Shown here: positions 29,358-38,678 of the stretch, in pieces
Layout: each line of letters starts with the position of its first letter
How positions within the stretch are numbered: position 1 is the first letter of the stretch
Assembly (NCBI GenBank): GCA_963825055.1
Contig: CAWGSK010000007.1
Coordinates: 64,001 to 128,000 of the forward strand
DNA: 64,000 bases
Origin: an uncultured Gemmatimonadales bacterium
Lineage (GTDB): Bacteria > Gemmatimonadota > Gemmatimonadetes > Gemmatimonadales > GWC2-71-9
Reading direction: 5' to 3'
Made by a program: the position numbers and the translations under genes
The notes under the pieces: generated by a model
Told to the model about the DNA's origin: nothing
Databases searched by the model: none
Seen by the model: the letters and a program-made list of their open reading frames with translations, nothing else

Positions 29358-30173
29358 ATGAATCTACGACGAATTGTCGCTGCGGTGGATGATAGTCCCG
29401 AAGGGAGGAACGCGGGGGCGCTCGCCGTACGGCTCGCCGCGCTGTCCCGGAGTACGCCCCTGCTCCTCAGCGTCGGGATGCCGGAGGACCCTGCCGTCTT
29501 CGTCGAGGAAGACTTCCCGACCGGCGCCCTTCCTCCAGCCAGGTCCCCGGGCGTGAGCGCCACCGAGGTCCGCCATGCGGTCCGCAAGGGGCTACCTTCC
29601 GTCGAGATCGCCCGGTTCGCCGAGGAGGAGCGCGCCGACCTGCTGGTCCTCGGACGGAAGCACCGCACGGCGCACGAGCGGCGCGTCAGGGGCGACACCG
29701 CCGATGCTGCGACCCGCCGCAGCCACATTCCCTGCCTGCTGGCCCCGGCGGGGAGTCAGGACATCCGGAGCGCACTCGTGGCGCTCGATGGGACGGATCG
29801 GGGCTTCCTCGTGTACCGCGAGGCCCGGGACTTCGCACGGACCTTCCGGCTGGACCTGCTGCCCCTGACTGTCGAACGGACATGGCCAGGTGAACCGAAC
29901 CACGCGAACGGAGTGCTCGATGCCCGGACGGTGCGCCTGATGGAACTTCTCCGGGAGACCGATTCTCCCAGGGCCAGGTGGCGGCCCAAGCCACTCCGGG
30001 TGGTGCGCGGCCTGCCGGTGTACGAGATCGGCCGGGCGCTTGACGAGTCCGGCGCCGACGTTCTCATCCTCGGCTATCATCGCGGCGGTCCCGCAGGCGT
30101 GCTCGACGGGACCAGTGTTGCCCGGCGGCTGGTCCACGGTGTCTCCACCGCGGTCCTGACGATTCCCCTCTGA
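29358..30173 (+). CDS. Universal stress protein, tandem Usp domains
   Basis: RRIVAAVDDS...ADLLVLG and ALVALDG...ADVLILG...GTSVARRLVH...VLTIP. Confidence 0.88.
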   Translation: MNLRRIVAAVDDSPEGRNAGALAVRLAALSRSTPLLLSVGMPEDPAVFVEEDFPTGALPPARSPGVSATEVRHAVRKGLPSVEIARFAEEERADLLVLGRKHRTAHERRVRGDTADAATRRSHIPCLLAPAGSQDIRSALVALDGTDRGFLVYREARDFARTFRLDLLPLTVERTWPGEPNHANGVLDARTVRLMELLRETDSPRARWRPKPLRVVRGLPVYEIGRALDESGADVLILGYHRGGPAGVLDGTSVARRLVHGVSTAVLTIPL

Positions 30174-30210
30174 GCTCCTACACTCCGCACCTCCGTCCTG
30201 CCTTCCGTCC

Positions 30211-30617
30211 ATGCCTCTCCTGACACGGTGGTATCTGCGCTCGGGCCTGGCCGGGGTCGTCCTTGCGCCCGCCGCAGGGGTTTTCGAGGCCTGGCCCCGG
30301 GGTAGGTCCGCGCCCGTACTCCTGCTGCGTCCGGCGGCCGTGCACATGCTGGTCGTGGGATGGCTGACCCAGGTCGTCTTCGGCGTGGCCCACTGGATGT
30401 TTCCCCCGCCGCGGGGCGAGAACCACAGATCGCCCGGGTTGGGTCACATGGGGACTCCTGAACCTCGGACTGACGGCGCGCGTGCTGGTGGAACCGTGGT
30501 TCTCCCCGGCGGCGGGAGCCCCCGGATCGTGGCTGCTACATGCTGGCGGCGGCCGCCCAGCTCGCGGCGGGATGGCTCTTCGCGCTGGCCATCTGGCCGC
30601 GAGTGCGGGGCCGCTGA
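30211..30617 (+). CDS. Small His-containing membrane protein 1 (multiple frameshifts)
   Basis: Pieces in different frames: MPLLTRWYLRSGL, HMLVVGWLTQVVFGVAHWMFP, LLNLGLTARVLVEP, AAAQLAAGWLFALAIWPRVRGR-stop. Confidence 0.6.
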
Positions 30618-30618
30618 G

Positions 30619-31040
30619 ATGCCATTGTGGAGCGCTGCGCTTCATCCGTACGGCATTTCTCGCCCTCGCCGCGGGTTTCAGCCTGGGGGCGGTACTGCTG
30701 CTCGCAAAGGCGGGATTCCTGCCTTCCCTGCCTCCATGGTTCCGGACGGCCCACGCGGAAGTGCTCCTCTTCGGCTGGTTCGTCCAGCTGGTGCTCGGTG
30801 TAGCCTGGTGGATCTTTCCCCGGCACATCGAGGGCTCCTCCCCGGGGCGACCCGCGGGTGATGCCCTCCGCATTCGTCCTGTTGAACGGCGGCCTCCTCC
30901 TGTACGTAACCGGCCTGGTCGCCACTTCCGGTCCGGCCCTGCTCGCGGGACGCGCGACGGAGGCACTGGCCGTGCTCGCGGTCGCCACGCAGCTCCTCAC
31001 GCGCATCCGCGGATCGCGTCTTGAGAGCCTCGCCCGCTAG
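30619..31040 (+). CDS. Small His-containing membrane protein 2, paralog of the preceding gene (frameshifted)
   Basis: ATG at 30619; RFIRTAFLALAAGFSLGAVLL, HAEVLLFGWFVQLVLGVAWWIFPR, then LLNGGLLL...LLTRIR in another frame. Confidence 0.6.
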
Positions 31041-31822
31041 AAGTCCTTCCGGGCAAACCGCCGCGCTGCCCAGGCCAGGGGCAGGGCGGCCCAGCAGAGC
31101 AGGGCCCCACCCGAAAGAACCATCCCCATCGCGCTTCCGAAGAACCGCTCGAACACGGCGCCGGTGTACCCCATGAGCGCCGCGACGTCCAGCTGGAGGA
31201 GCAGGAGTATCCGCCCGAGGTCCACGGGGTTCAGCATCGTCAGCGCGAGAAGGGGACGCTCCAGCGGGTAATCGCCAAACGCGGTCACCACGAACAACAG
31301 CGCCCCGTCATAGAGCAGCGTCAGGACGAGCCAGAGCAGGATGCAGGCTCCGAGGCCCCGGGCGCGATCATCGATCAGGAGGGAGGCCAGGAAGGCGAGG
31401 GCGGTGAACACGACCGTCAGCATGACCCCGGTTCCGATCAGGACCAGCACCGGGGCCGTGGAGGCGCGTCCACCCAGATACAGGAAGGGTACACCCACGC
31501 CGACAGCGAAGGCCGCCGCGAGGGGAAGGGCGAGGCCGGCATACATGCCGGCGAACAGGGCACTCCGCCGGATGGGCTGGGCCAGCAGGAGTTCGACAAA
31601 GTCCCGGCTGTTGTAGAGATACAGGCTGCCGAACACGATGCTGACCAGCGGCACGAAGACCAGCACCACGCTCGAGAGGCTCAGGACCGCGCGCGGCCCG
31701 CCCCCCCCGAGTCGCAGCAGCCCGTCGGTCAGCAGGAGCAGCAGCAGCGCATAGCCGAAGAGCCAGCGGCTCCTCCGGGCGTTCTGCAGTTCGTAACGGA
31801 GGATCATGGCGACCGTGCTCAC
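31037..31822 (-). CDS. nosY: ABC transporter permease NosY
   Basis: ELLLAQPIRR and LNPVDLGR motifs; 6 TMs; position in the nos cluster. Confidence 0.9.
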   Translation of the reverse strand: MSTVAMILRYELQNARRSRWLFGYALLLLLLTDGLLRLGGGGPRAVLSLSSVVLVFVPLVSIVFGSLYLYNSRDFVELLLAQPIRRSALFAGMYAGLALPLAAAFAVGVGVPFLYLGGRASTAPVLVLIGTGVMLTVVFTALAFLASLLIDDRARGLGACILLWLVLTLLYDGALLFVVTAFGDYPLERPLLALTMLNPVDLGRILLLLQLDVAALMGYTGAVFERFFGSAMGMVLSGGALLCWAALPLAWAARRFARKDF

Positions 31823-32607
31823 GCGCCCTCCCCGGTCATGAGGCAGGCGATGGCGCGCTCGAGCCGTCCTTCGCCCGTCACCCGGGCGAGTTCCGCAACC
31901 GAGCCGTGGAACCGGACCCGCCCCTCGATCAGGAACGCCACGTCATCCACCAGTTCGTCGAGTTCGCTGAGCACATGGGAGGTGATGATCACCGACAGGC
32001 CGGAGCCCCGGAGCTCGAGCAGGCGATCCTTGAGAACCCGGCGCGCGATCGGGTCGAGCCCCGCGGTAGGCTCGTCGAGCACGAGCAACTCGGGGCGGAA
32101 CAGGAACGCGATGGCGGCATTCAGCTTCTGCCGCGTCCCTCCGCTCAGGGTCCGCACCGGCTTGTCCAGCTCGTCCTCCAGCTCGAACGCATGCACCAGG
32201 GTGCGGTCGGTCGGGGTGTCGTCACCGCGAAGCCCGGCCAGCAGGCGCATCACCTCGCGCCCTGTGAGGTTGTCGGGGAAGCGCGCAGCCTGCGGCATGT
32301 AGCCCACGGAAGTGCGGTATCCCCCGTCCCCGTCGACCGTCTCACCCAGCACGCGGATCACGCCGGCATCGGGCTTGACCAGGCCCAGGATCGACTTGAT
32401 GAGCGTGGTCTTGCCTGCTGCGTTCGGACCCAGGACGGCGGTGATCCGCCCTGCGGGAAGCGTCAGGTGGACGTCGGCCAGCGCCGTCACCCGGCCGAAC
32501 CGCTTCCGGAGCGCCTCCACCTGCACGGCGGGGGTGGCGGTGTCGTCCGCGGGCACGAGGGCCAGCGGCGGGTCCGACAGGCCGCGCCGGTGCTCGCGGG
32601 GGCTCAT
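31819..32607 (-). CDS. nosF: ABC transporter ATPase NosF
   Basis: GPNAAGKTT, LSGG and LDEPTAGLD motifs; ATG at 32607 overlaps the nosD stop. Confidence 0.9.
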   Translation of the reverse strand: MSPREHRRGLSDPPLALVPADDTATPAVQVEALRKRFGRVTALADVHLTLPAGRITAVLGPNAAGKTTLIKSILGLVKPDAGVIRVLGETVDGDGGYRTSVGYMPQAARFPDNLTGREVMRLLAGLRGDDTPTDRTLVHAFELEDELDKPVRTLSGGTRQKLNAAIAFLFRPELLVLDEPTAGLDPIARRVLKDRLLELRGSGLSVIITSHVLSELDELVDDVAFLIEGRVRFHGSVAELARVTGEGRLERAIACLMTGEGA

Positions 32608-33833
32608 GACGGCCTCCGCATGCGTGGATGGCTGTCGACCAGGGTCTCCGGGGTCAGGACGGGCATGACCCGCTCCGCGGCATCGAGGAGATCCACGAAG
32701 AAGCTCCGGAGGAGGATGAGGCCCGGTTCGTGCCGGGACACGATCAGGGAGAAGAGCCGGACGGGGTGATAGGGCACGTCGCCGTACCCGTCGTGGTCCA
32801 GGTCGTAGCCGGCGTACTGGTCCCAGTAGTTGCCGGCGAAGGTCGAGTGGCTCGTGCGGCTGTTCGTGGCCACATCGAACGAGTTGCCCAGGAACGTATT
32901 GTCCCGGAAGACGCCGCCCTCCGAGCTCGCCGTGATACGGATGGCCCATCCGTTGGATTCGAACTGGTTCTCCACGGCCGTGATGCGGTTGCTGCTCTCC
33001 ACCTGGAGTCCCACGCTGTTGCCGGTGAACGTGTTGCCGGCGACGCGGCTGTCGGTGATCTCCTTGAGCAGGAGCCCGTAGGCCGCGGTGCCGCGGTTGA
33101 TCGCGAACTGGTTGCCCGTGATCCGGACATCACGGGCATACATCACGGCCACGCCGGCACCGTTTTCCCGGAAGATGTTGTCCTCGTAGGCGCAACTGTC
33201 GCTGAACATGAAGTGCAGCCCGTAGCGGACGTTTGCGTTGCTCGTATTGCCCTGCACCAGGGTGCCGCGAACGAATTCGAAGTACACCCCGTCACGATGG
33301 CCCGATACGCGGTTGCCCACGATGGTGAAGTTGCGGGAAGCCCAGAGGTGGATCGCATTGCCCGAGGACGTTTCGGTCTCCGCGTGCCCGCGAATTTCGT
33401 TGCCGCGAAGGAGGCAGCCGCTGCTCTTGGCGGCGTAGATGCCGAAGAACGTGTCGAGCAGCCGGTTGTCCTCCACCACGCAATCACGGACGTTCTCGAG
33501 GCGGATACCGGCCCGGTCCTCGGTGAAGCTCGTCCCCACGTTCCGGACGACGAGTCCCCGCAGGACCACGCTGTCCGCGCGGACCAGGAGGCCCTCGTGG
33601 GCCCCGGCGGCGTCGATCACCGGCCAGCCTTCACCTGCGATCTCCACCCTCCGGTCCACCACGATGACCGGCTCCCGGTACGTTCCGGCCCGGACCACAA
33701 TCCGGGCGCCGGGTTGCGCCATCGCGATGGCGCGGGTGATGGTCGGTACCGGGCCGCCGGGCGACACGGTGATGACCTGCCGGCCGGCGGGAGCCTGCAG
33801 CAGGGCCAGGGCGAGGGTGAGCGCCGCGTGCAT
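32604..33833 (-). CDS. nosD: N2O reductase maturation protein NosD
   Basis: GNAIHLW, HRDGVYFEF, RYGLHFMFS and GNYWDQYAGYDLDHDGYGDVPY motifs. Confidence 0.95.
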   Translation of the reverse strand: MHAALTLALALLQAPAGRQVITVSPGGPVPTITRAIAMAQPGARIVVRAGTYREPVIVVDRRVEIAGEGWPVIDAAGAHEGLLVRADSVVLRGLVVRNVGTSFTEDRAGIRLENVRDCVVEDNRLLDTFFGIYAAKSSGCLLRGNEIRGHAETETSSGNAIHLWASRNFTIVGNRVSGHRDGVYFEFVRGTLVQGNTSNANVRYGLHFMFSDSCAYEDNIFRENGAGVAVMYARDVRITGNQFAINRGTAAYGLLLKEITDSRVAGNTFTGNSVGLQVESSNRITAVENQFESNGWAIRITASSEGGVFRDNTFLGNSFDVATNSRTSHSTFAGNYWDQYAGYDLDHDGYGDVPYHPVRLFSLIVSRHEPGLILLRSFFVDLLDAAERVMPVLTPETLVDSHPRMRRPS

Positions 33834-33836
33834 GGC

Positions 33837-34310
33837 TCAGCCCCCCAGGTCCGGCTGTTCGGGCCGGTCCCGGAGGTCGGGCAGGTCGAGCACCTGGGCC
33901 CAGGTGAGCAGCGTGCCGCCGGTGGCCGTGACGAGGCTGTCGGCCGAAGCGCGCGAGGCGACGGCTGCCAGGCCGCTCGCCATCGGGGTGTGGATGACGG
34001 GGCTCCGGACGAACATGGCGCTGTCGGCGGGAAGCATGGCGTCGGGCGTGCGGCTGTCGTACACCCAGACGCCGGCCACCGCTGCCATGTCCAGCCCGCT
34101 GTCGCGATACCAGAGCACGAGCCCGCCGATGTCATCGAAGGTGTAGACCTTCCCGTGAGCCGTCACCAGCTCGGCGGCGAACCGCGGGTCGGTGATCACC
34201 ATGTGGCACCGGTCGCACATGTCGCGCCCCCAGGCGATGGGCCGGGGGGCGGGCGAGACGCAGGCCGCCGCGACCAGCGCGACGGCAGCGCTCCAGAAGC
34301 GCCAGGTCAT
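33837..34310 (-). CDS. nosL: Copper chaperone lipoprotein NosL
   Basis: Lipobox VAAAC; CDRCHMVI, FDDIG and TPM motifs; ATG at 34310. Confidence 0.9.
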   Translation of the reverse strand: MTWRFWSAAVALVAAACVSPAPRPIAWGRDMCDRCHMVITDPRFAAELVTAHGKVYTFDDIGGLVLWYRDSGLDMAAVAGVWVYDSRTPDAMLPADSAMFVRSPVIHTPMASGLAAVASRASADSLVTATGGTLLTWAQVLDLPDLRDRPEQPDLGG

Positions 34311-34945
34311 GCGGATGCGACGTGACGGTGTGGCGCGGCTCCCACCGCCACGGCCCGGTCGGCACGCTCCTGCCTGCGGTGCCGCAGCTCCGCCACGACG
34401 GCCGCGAACCCGAGAAACAGCGCGGCCACCGCCACCCAGCCGCCGGCGCCGGGCCAGCTGCTGGCGGTAAAGTTGAGCAGCTGCTTGGAGCCCAGCAGCG
34501 GAGGCTGGTAGGTCATGCCGGGCACCTTGATGATCGCGTGCGGGTCGAGATTGTGGCCGTAGTCGTACCCCCATCGCCAGAAGTCCCCCAGGCCGATGAG
34601 TGCGCCGCAGGCAAACACCGTCACCCAGGCGTAGAGCGGGCCGCGGCGGCCGACGGCGGCCACCAGGAGGCCAGTTGCCATGAGGCCCAGGACGAGCAGC
34701 GGCATGAACCGGAGCTCGGGGATGTCGTCCGGTGCGATCACCTTCATCCCGATGTAGTGGTTGAGCCCGTTGATGCTGTTGAGGTCCTGCGGCTGCTGCC
34801 CCGTGATCTGGTTGATCCAGATACGCAGCCCGAGCCCCTCCGGATACTGCGGAGCGTGCAGCTGGATGCGCCACAGGGGAAGCACGAAGAGCAGCCCCAG
34901 CAGCAGGGCGGCGATGGCAGTCGTCACGCGGGTGGATCGCAGCAT
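34307..34945 (-). CDS. nosB: Clade II nos membrane protein (NosB-like)
   Basis: PLWRIQLHAPQYPEGL, NGLNHYIGMK and YQPPLLGSKQLLNF motifs; directly after nosZ. Confidence 0.85.
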   Translation of the reverse strand: MLRSTRVTTAIAALLLGLLFVLPLWRIQLHAPQYPEGLGLRIWINQITGQQPQDLNSINGLNHYIGMKVIAPDDIPELRFMPLLVLGLMATGLLVAAVGRRGPLYAWVTVFACGALIGLGDFWRWGYDYGHNLDPHAIIKVPGMTYQPPLLGSKQLLNFTASSWPGAGGWVAVAALFLGFAAVVAELRHRRQERADRAVAVGAAPHRHVASA

Positions 34946-35009
34946 GGCAGGACCTCGATGACACCGGGGCCGCGCGGGGAAGCCGGGCTCCCCCGCGACA
35001 GCCGCCGGT

Positions 35010-36963
35010 CTACTTCGGCGAATTGAACTTCACGGGCACGCTCGAGCCGCTGTGGCGAGACCCGCAGGTACCCCTGCATCTCCTGGTGCAGCGCTGAGCA
35101 GAAGTCCGTGCAGTAGAAGGAGAATACGCCGGGCTGCTGTGGAACCCATGTGAGCGTCCGGGTCTGTCCGGGCATGATCAGCAGCTCGGCGTTCCGGTTG
35201 CCCATCATCGCGAACCCGTGCGGGACGTCCCAGTCCTGCTCGAGGTTTGTCACGTGGAAGAAGACCGAGTCACCCACCTGGACGCCCTCGATATTGTCGG
35301 GCACGAAGTGGCTGCGGATGGCCGTCATGGCGATGTGTACCTTGTTTCCCTCGCGTACGACCTTGACGTCCTTCTCGCTCTTGGCCGCCCACGGATGGGC
35401 GTTCTCCTGGAGGCTGTACGTCTTGACCTGCTTGTCCTTGAGCATCTCCGCCGGCAGGGCCTGGGCGTAGTGCGGCTCGCCGATGGTGGGGAAGTCGAGC
35501 AGCATCTTCATCTTGTCGCCGCTGATGTCGATGAGCTGCGCCGACTGGGTGAGCTCCGGTCCGGTGGGCAGGTAGCGGTCCTTGGTGATCTTGTTGAGCG
35601 CTACCAGGTACTTGTCCCAGGGCTTGCGGCTGTCGCCGCCGGGAATCATCAGGTGGCCGATCGAGTAGTACACCGGGATCCGGTCCTTCACCGTGAAGTC
35701 CTTCAGGCTCCACTTCACGACCTCGGAGCTGATGAACATCGAGGTGTAGGCGTTCCCGCGCGCGTCGAACTCGGTGTGGAGCGGGCCCAGGCCCGGGTTC
35801 TCCACCTCACCTGCCACGATCGACTCGTAGCGGAGGATGGGGATCCCGTCGACCTCGCCGATGAAATCCTTGTTCTCGATGGCCTTCAGCATCTTCGAGA
35901 AGGAGTGCACGGGGATGACGGTGGCCAGCTTGCCGCCCGCCACGATGTACTCGCCCGTCGGGTCCACGTCCACGCCGTGGGGGGACTTCGGCGTCGGCAG
36001 GAAGTACATGAGGCCGGGGCAGTCCGGCACCGCCAGGACCTTCACGCTGGTCCTGATCTCGCTGTTGGCCCGGTGGTCGGCGCCGACCCAGTTGTGGGCA
36101 TACCGTGCCGGCATCGCCTTCGCCTTGCCGTCGGCCACGCACTGCTCGGCCTGCTTCCAGTTCACCGCCGCCACGTAGTCCTTGTCCTTCTGGGAGGCGT
36201 TGACCTCCAGCAGGGTATGCGCCTGCTCGGAGTTGTAGGAAGTGAAGAAGGACCAGCCGTAGGACACGGCCTTCCCGGAGTGGGAGAGGTCGTAGTCATA
36301 GCCGGGCACGGCAATCTGGAACGCGATATCCATGGCACCGGTGCCCGAGTCCACCTTCGCAAAGGTCAGGAGCCCCTTGAACTCCTTCGCGAAGTCGTCG
36401 ATGGACACGTCCTTCTGCGGGGTGGGCACGCTGAAGCGGGTGGCTGCGACCGTGTACTCGGTGTTCGGCGTGACGAACGGGGAGGCGTGGTTGCCCGACG
36501 AGTTCGGGATCTCGAGGATTTCGGTCGTCTCGAAGTTCGTCAGGTCCAGCCGGGCGATCCGCGGCGTGTTGTTGCCGTTGATGAACAGCCAGCGCCCGTC
36601 CGGCACCCCGTCGGTCATGGACAACTCGGGGTGGTGGGCATCATCCCAGGGGACGTACCCGTAGCTCGTCATCAGCATGTTCTTGGTCTCCTCGCTGTAG
36701 CCCCAGCCGTTCTCGGGGTTCTGGGAGAAGACCGGGACCTGCCGGAGGAGCCGCCCCGACGGGAGTCCGTACACCCCGACCTGGCCGCTGAAGCCGCCCG
36801 ACAGGAAGGCGTAGTAGGCGTCGTACTGCCCCGGAGCCACGTAGACCTGCTGCGCGGCATCGCCCGCATCAGCGGCTGCCGGAGTGCCGGACTTGCCGCA
36901 GCCGGCCAGGGTGACGGTGGCGGCCAGCAGGGCCGCCGTCGCGGACTTCACATGAAGCGACAT
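35010..36963 (-). CDS. nosZ: Sec-dependent (clade II) nitrous oxide reductase; the literal ORF runs to 34924, true stop probably 35010
   Basis: Lipoprotein-type signal TLAGC with no twin Arg; CuZ His motifs DAHH, GNH, SPHG, PLH, IGH, EPH; CuA PHGF and CTDFCSALHQEM. Confidence 0.97.
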
Positions 36964-36965
36964 GG

Positions 36966-37481
36966 TTATTCCTCCCCCGCTGACGAGTCAGGCTGGGTCC
37001 GGAGATACTCGAGGATGGCGCGCGCCTCCTCCCGGCTCAGCTGCAGGTTGGGCATCTGGGTCATGTACTGGGCGAGCAGGCCCCGGGCGACGGGATGCCT
37101 GGTGTACATCTCCTCGGGGTTCAGCATCATGTTCATCACGTAGGTGGAGGTCCGGCGGGTCGTGACCCCGCCGAGCGACGGCCCCACGTAGCGCTCGTTC
37201 ATCTTGTGGCAGGCACTGCACTTGCCCGCGAAGAGTTCCTCACCCTGTTCGGCGAGTTTCTCGTCCACCGGGCCGACCGTGACGGGCTCCGTCACCGGCC
37301 CGATGCCGTTCTCGACCTGGAACGGCGTCAGGTCACCGCCGGCCGCGGCGGTGGTCGTGGAAGCGGCGGTGTCCGCGGCGGGCTGGTCCCCGCCGCCGCC
37401 GCATCCGGCCAGGAGCAGGGCGCCGAGGATACCGGGAAGGAAACCGTGGCGTTGCAGGAACATCCGGGCACGACCTCTCAT
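36966..37481 (-). CDS. Monoheme cytochrome c lipoprotein upstream of nosZ (start 37463-37496 uncertain)
   Basis: Lipobox LLAGC; CSACHK; distal QMP Met ligand. Confidence 0.9.
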   Translation of the reverse strand: MRGRARMFLQRHGFLPGILGALLLAGCGGGGDQPAADTAASTTTAAAGGDLTPFQVENGIGPVTEPVTVGPVDEKLAEQGEELFAGKCSACHKMNERYVGPSLGGVTTRRTSTYVMNMMLNPEEMYTRHPVARGLLAQYMTQMPNLQLSREEARAILEYLRTQPDSSAGEE

Positions 37482-37577
37482 CAGAAGTGATCCCACCTCC
37501 AGCCGCCGGGAGGCGCTGGCAGGGGGAACATGAAGAGGAATCGTGCTGGGACTGGTGAAGGAACTGTGAGGGAATCT

Positions 37578-38678
37578 TCAGACTGGCGCGTTCCACTCCT
37601 CGAGCGGCGTGGTGCGCCGGAGGGCGTCGGGGTGACGCCGGAACCAGGACATCAGCAACAGGATCTCGTCGAGCGAGCCGGTTGCCAGGCTGGTGACGGG
37701 AGGCTCCGGCTCCTCGAGCTCCGCGGCAACCACGGCCCGGAAGGCTTCCTGTTCGAGCGGGGTCGTGGGCCAGGGGTAGTGCGCGCGTACCAGCCCGGCC
37801 CGCACCAGATAGGCCCGGTCGTCACCGTAGGTGCCGGGATCGCGATAGACAAAGGTCAGGAGGGCCCGGGCGGCCCGGGCGCGCGTGGTGGCGGTGAGCA
37901 GCCACTCCAGCGCCTCGAATTTTTCCCGCCACCGCGCCGCCCGCTCGTAGTCCTCGGCCGTGGCCGCCTCCTGCATGACCGACACGACCCGGTCGATGGG
38001 GGCGATGGCGCGCCCCTCGAGGAAATCCACCGCCCGCTCCACGGCGGCGAGGTAGGCCTCCTCCGTGACCAGCCCCGCACACGGCCCCTGGCAGGTGCCG
38101 AAATCGTGACGCATGCAGGCGGCGCGACCGCCGCCGCCGAACAGCTCCATCTGGCCGGCATAGACGATCGGCATGGTGGCGGCGCAGTCCCGCAGCCCGA
38201 GGAGGTCGTTCAGGATCCGGAGGCCCTCGGCCACGCGCCCGGCGCTGGCGAACGGCCCGTAGCAGCGGGCCGCGTCACGAGTGGCCCCCGTGCCGCTCGA
38301 AAGGCGGGGCGCGGCCCCGCCGGAGAGGCGCACGAGGACCATCCGGCGGGTCCGGTTGAGCTGGTGGTTGAGCGGCGGGCGGAAGCGCTGGATCTGGCGG
38401 AGTTCCCGGAGGTAGGCCGCGAATTCGCTCGGCACGTACTCCCATTCGATATCCGCCGCGGCATGCAGGATCCGCGCGCCCTTGTCCTCGGGATAGTGCG
38501 CGCGGAAGTAGGTCATGAGACGCGCCCGCAGGCGCTTCGCCTTGCCCACATAGATCACCCGGCCCGTGGCGTCCCGCATGCGATACACCGCCGGGCGGTT
38601 TTCGGCCAGCTTGCCGACCCGGAGCCGGAGTCGCGAGAGGTCGGTGGCGGGAAGCCCGAGCACGGGGGCGGCGGTCAT
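37578..38678 (-). CDS. GIY-YIG nuclease with UVR domain (UvrC N-terminal half, Cho-like)
   Basis: PAVYRMRD...IYVGKAKRLRARLMTYF; YGPF; four-Cys cluster; DYERAARWRE. Confidence 0.85.
   Translation of the reverse strand: MTAAPVLGLPATDLSRLRLRVGKLAENRPAVYRMRDATGRVIYVGKAKRLRARLMTYFRAHYPEDKGARILHAAADIEWEYVPSEFAAYLRELRQIQRFRPPLNHQLNRTRRMVLVRLSGGAAPRLSSGTGATRDAARCYGPFASAGRVAEGLRILNDLLGLRDCAATMPIVYAGQMELFGGGGRAACMRHDFGTCQGPCAGLVTEEAYLAAVERAVDFLEGRAIAPIDRVVSVMQEAATAEDYERAARWREKFEALEWLLTATTRARAARALLTFVYRDPGTYGDDRAYLVRAGLVRAHYPWPTTPLEQEAFRAVVAAELEEPEPPVTSLATGSLDEILLLMSWFRRHPDALRRTTPLEEWNAPV

Noticed and set aside
22800..37580. Respiratory island as a mobile element
   Set aside because: No integrase, transposase, tRNA or flanking direct repeats were seen, and composition looks like the rest of the window.
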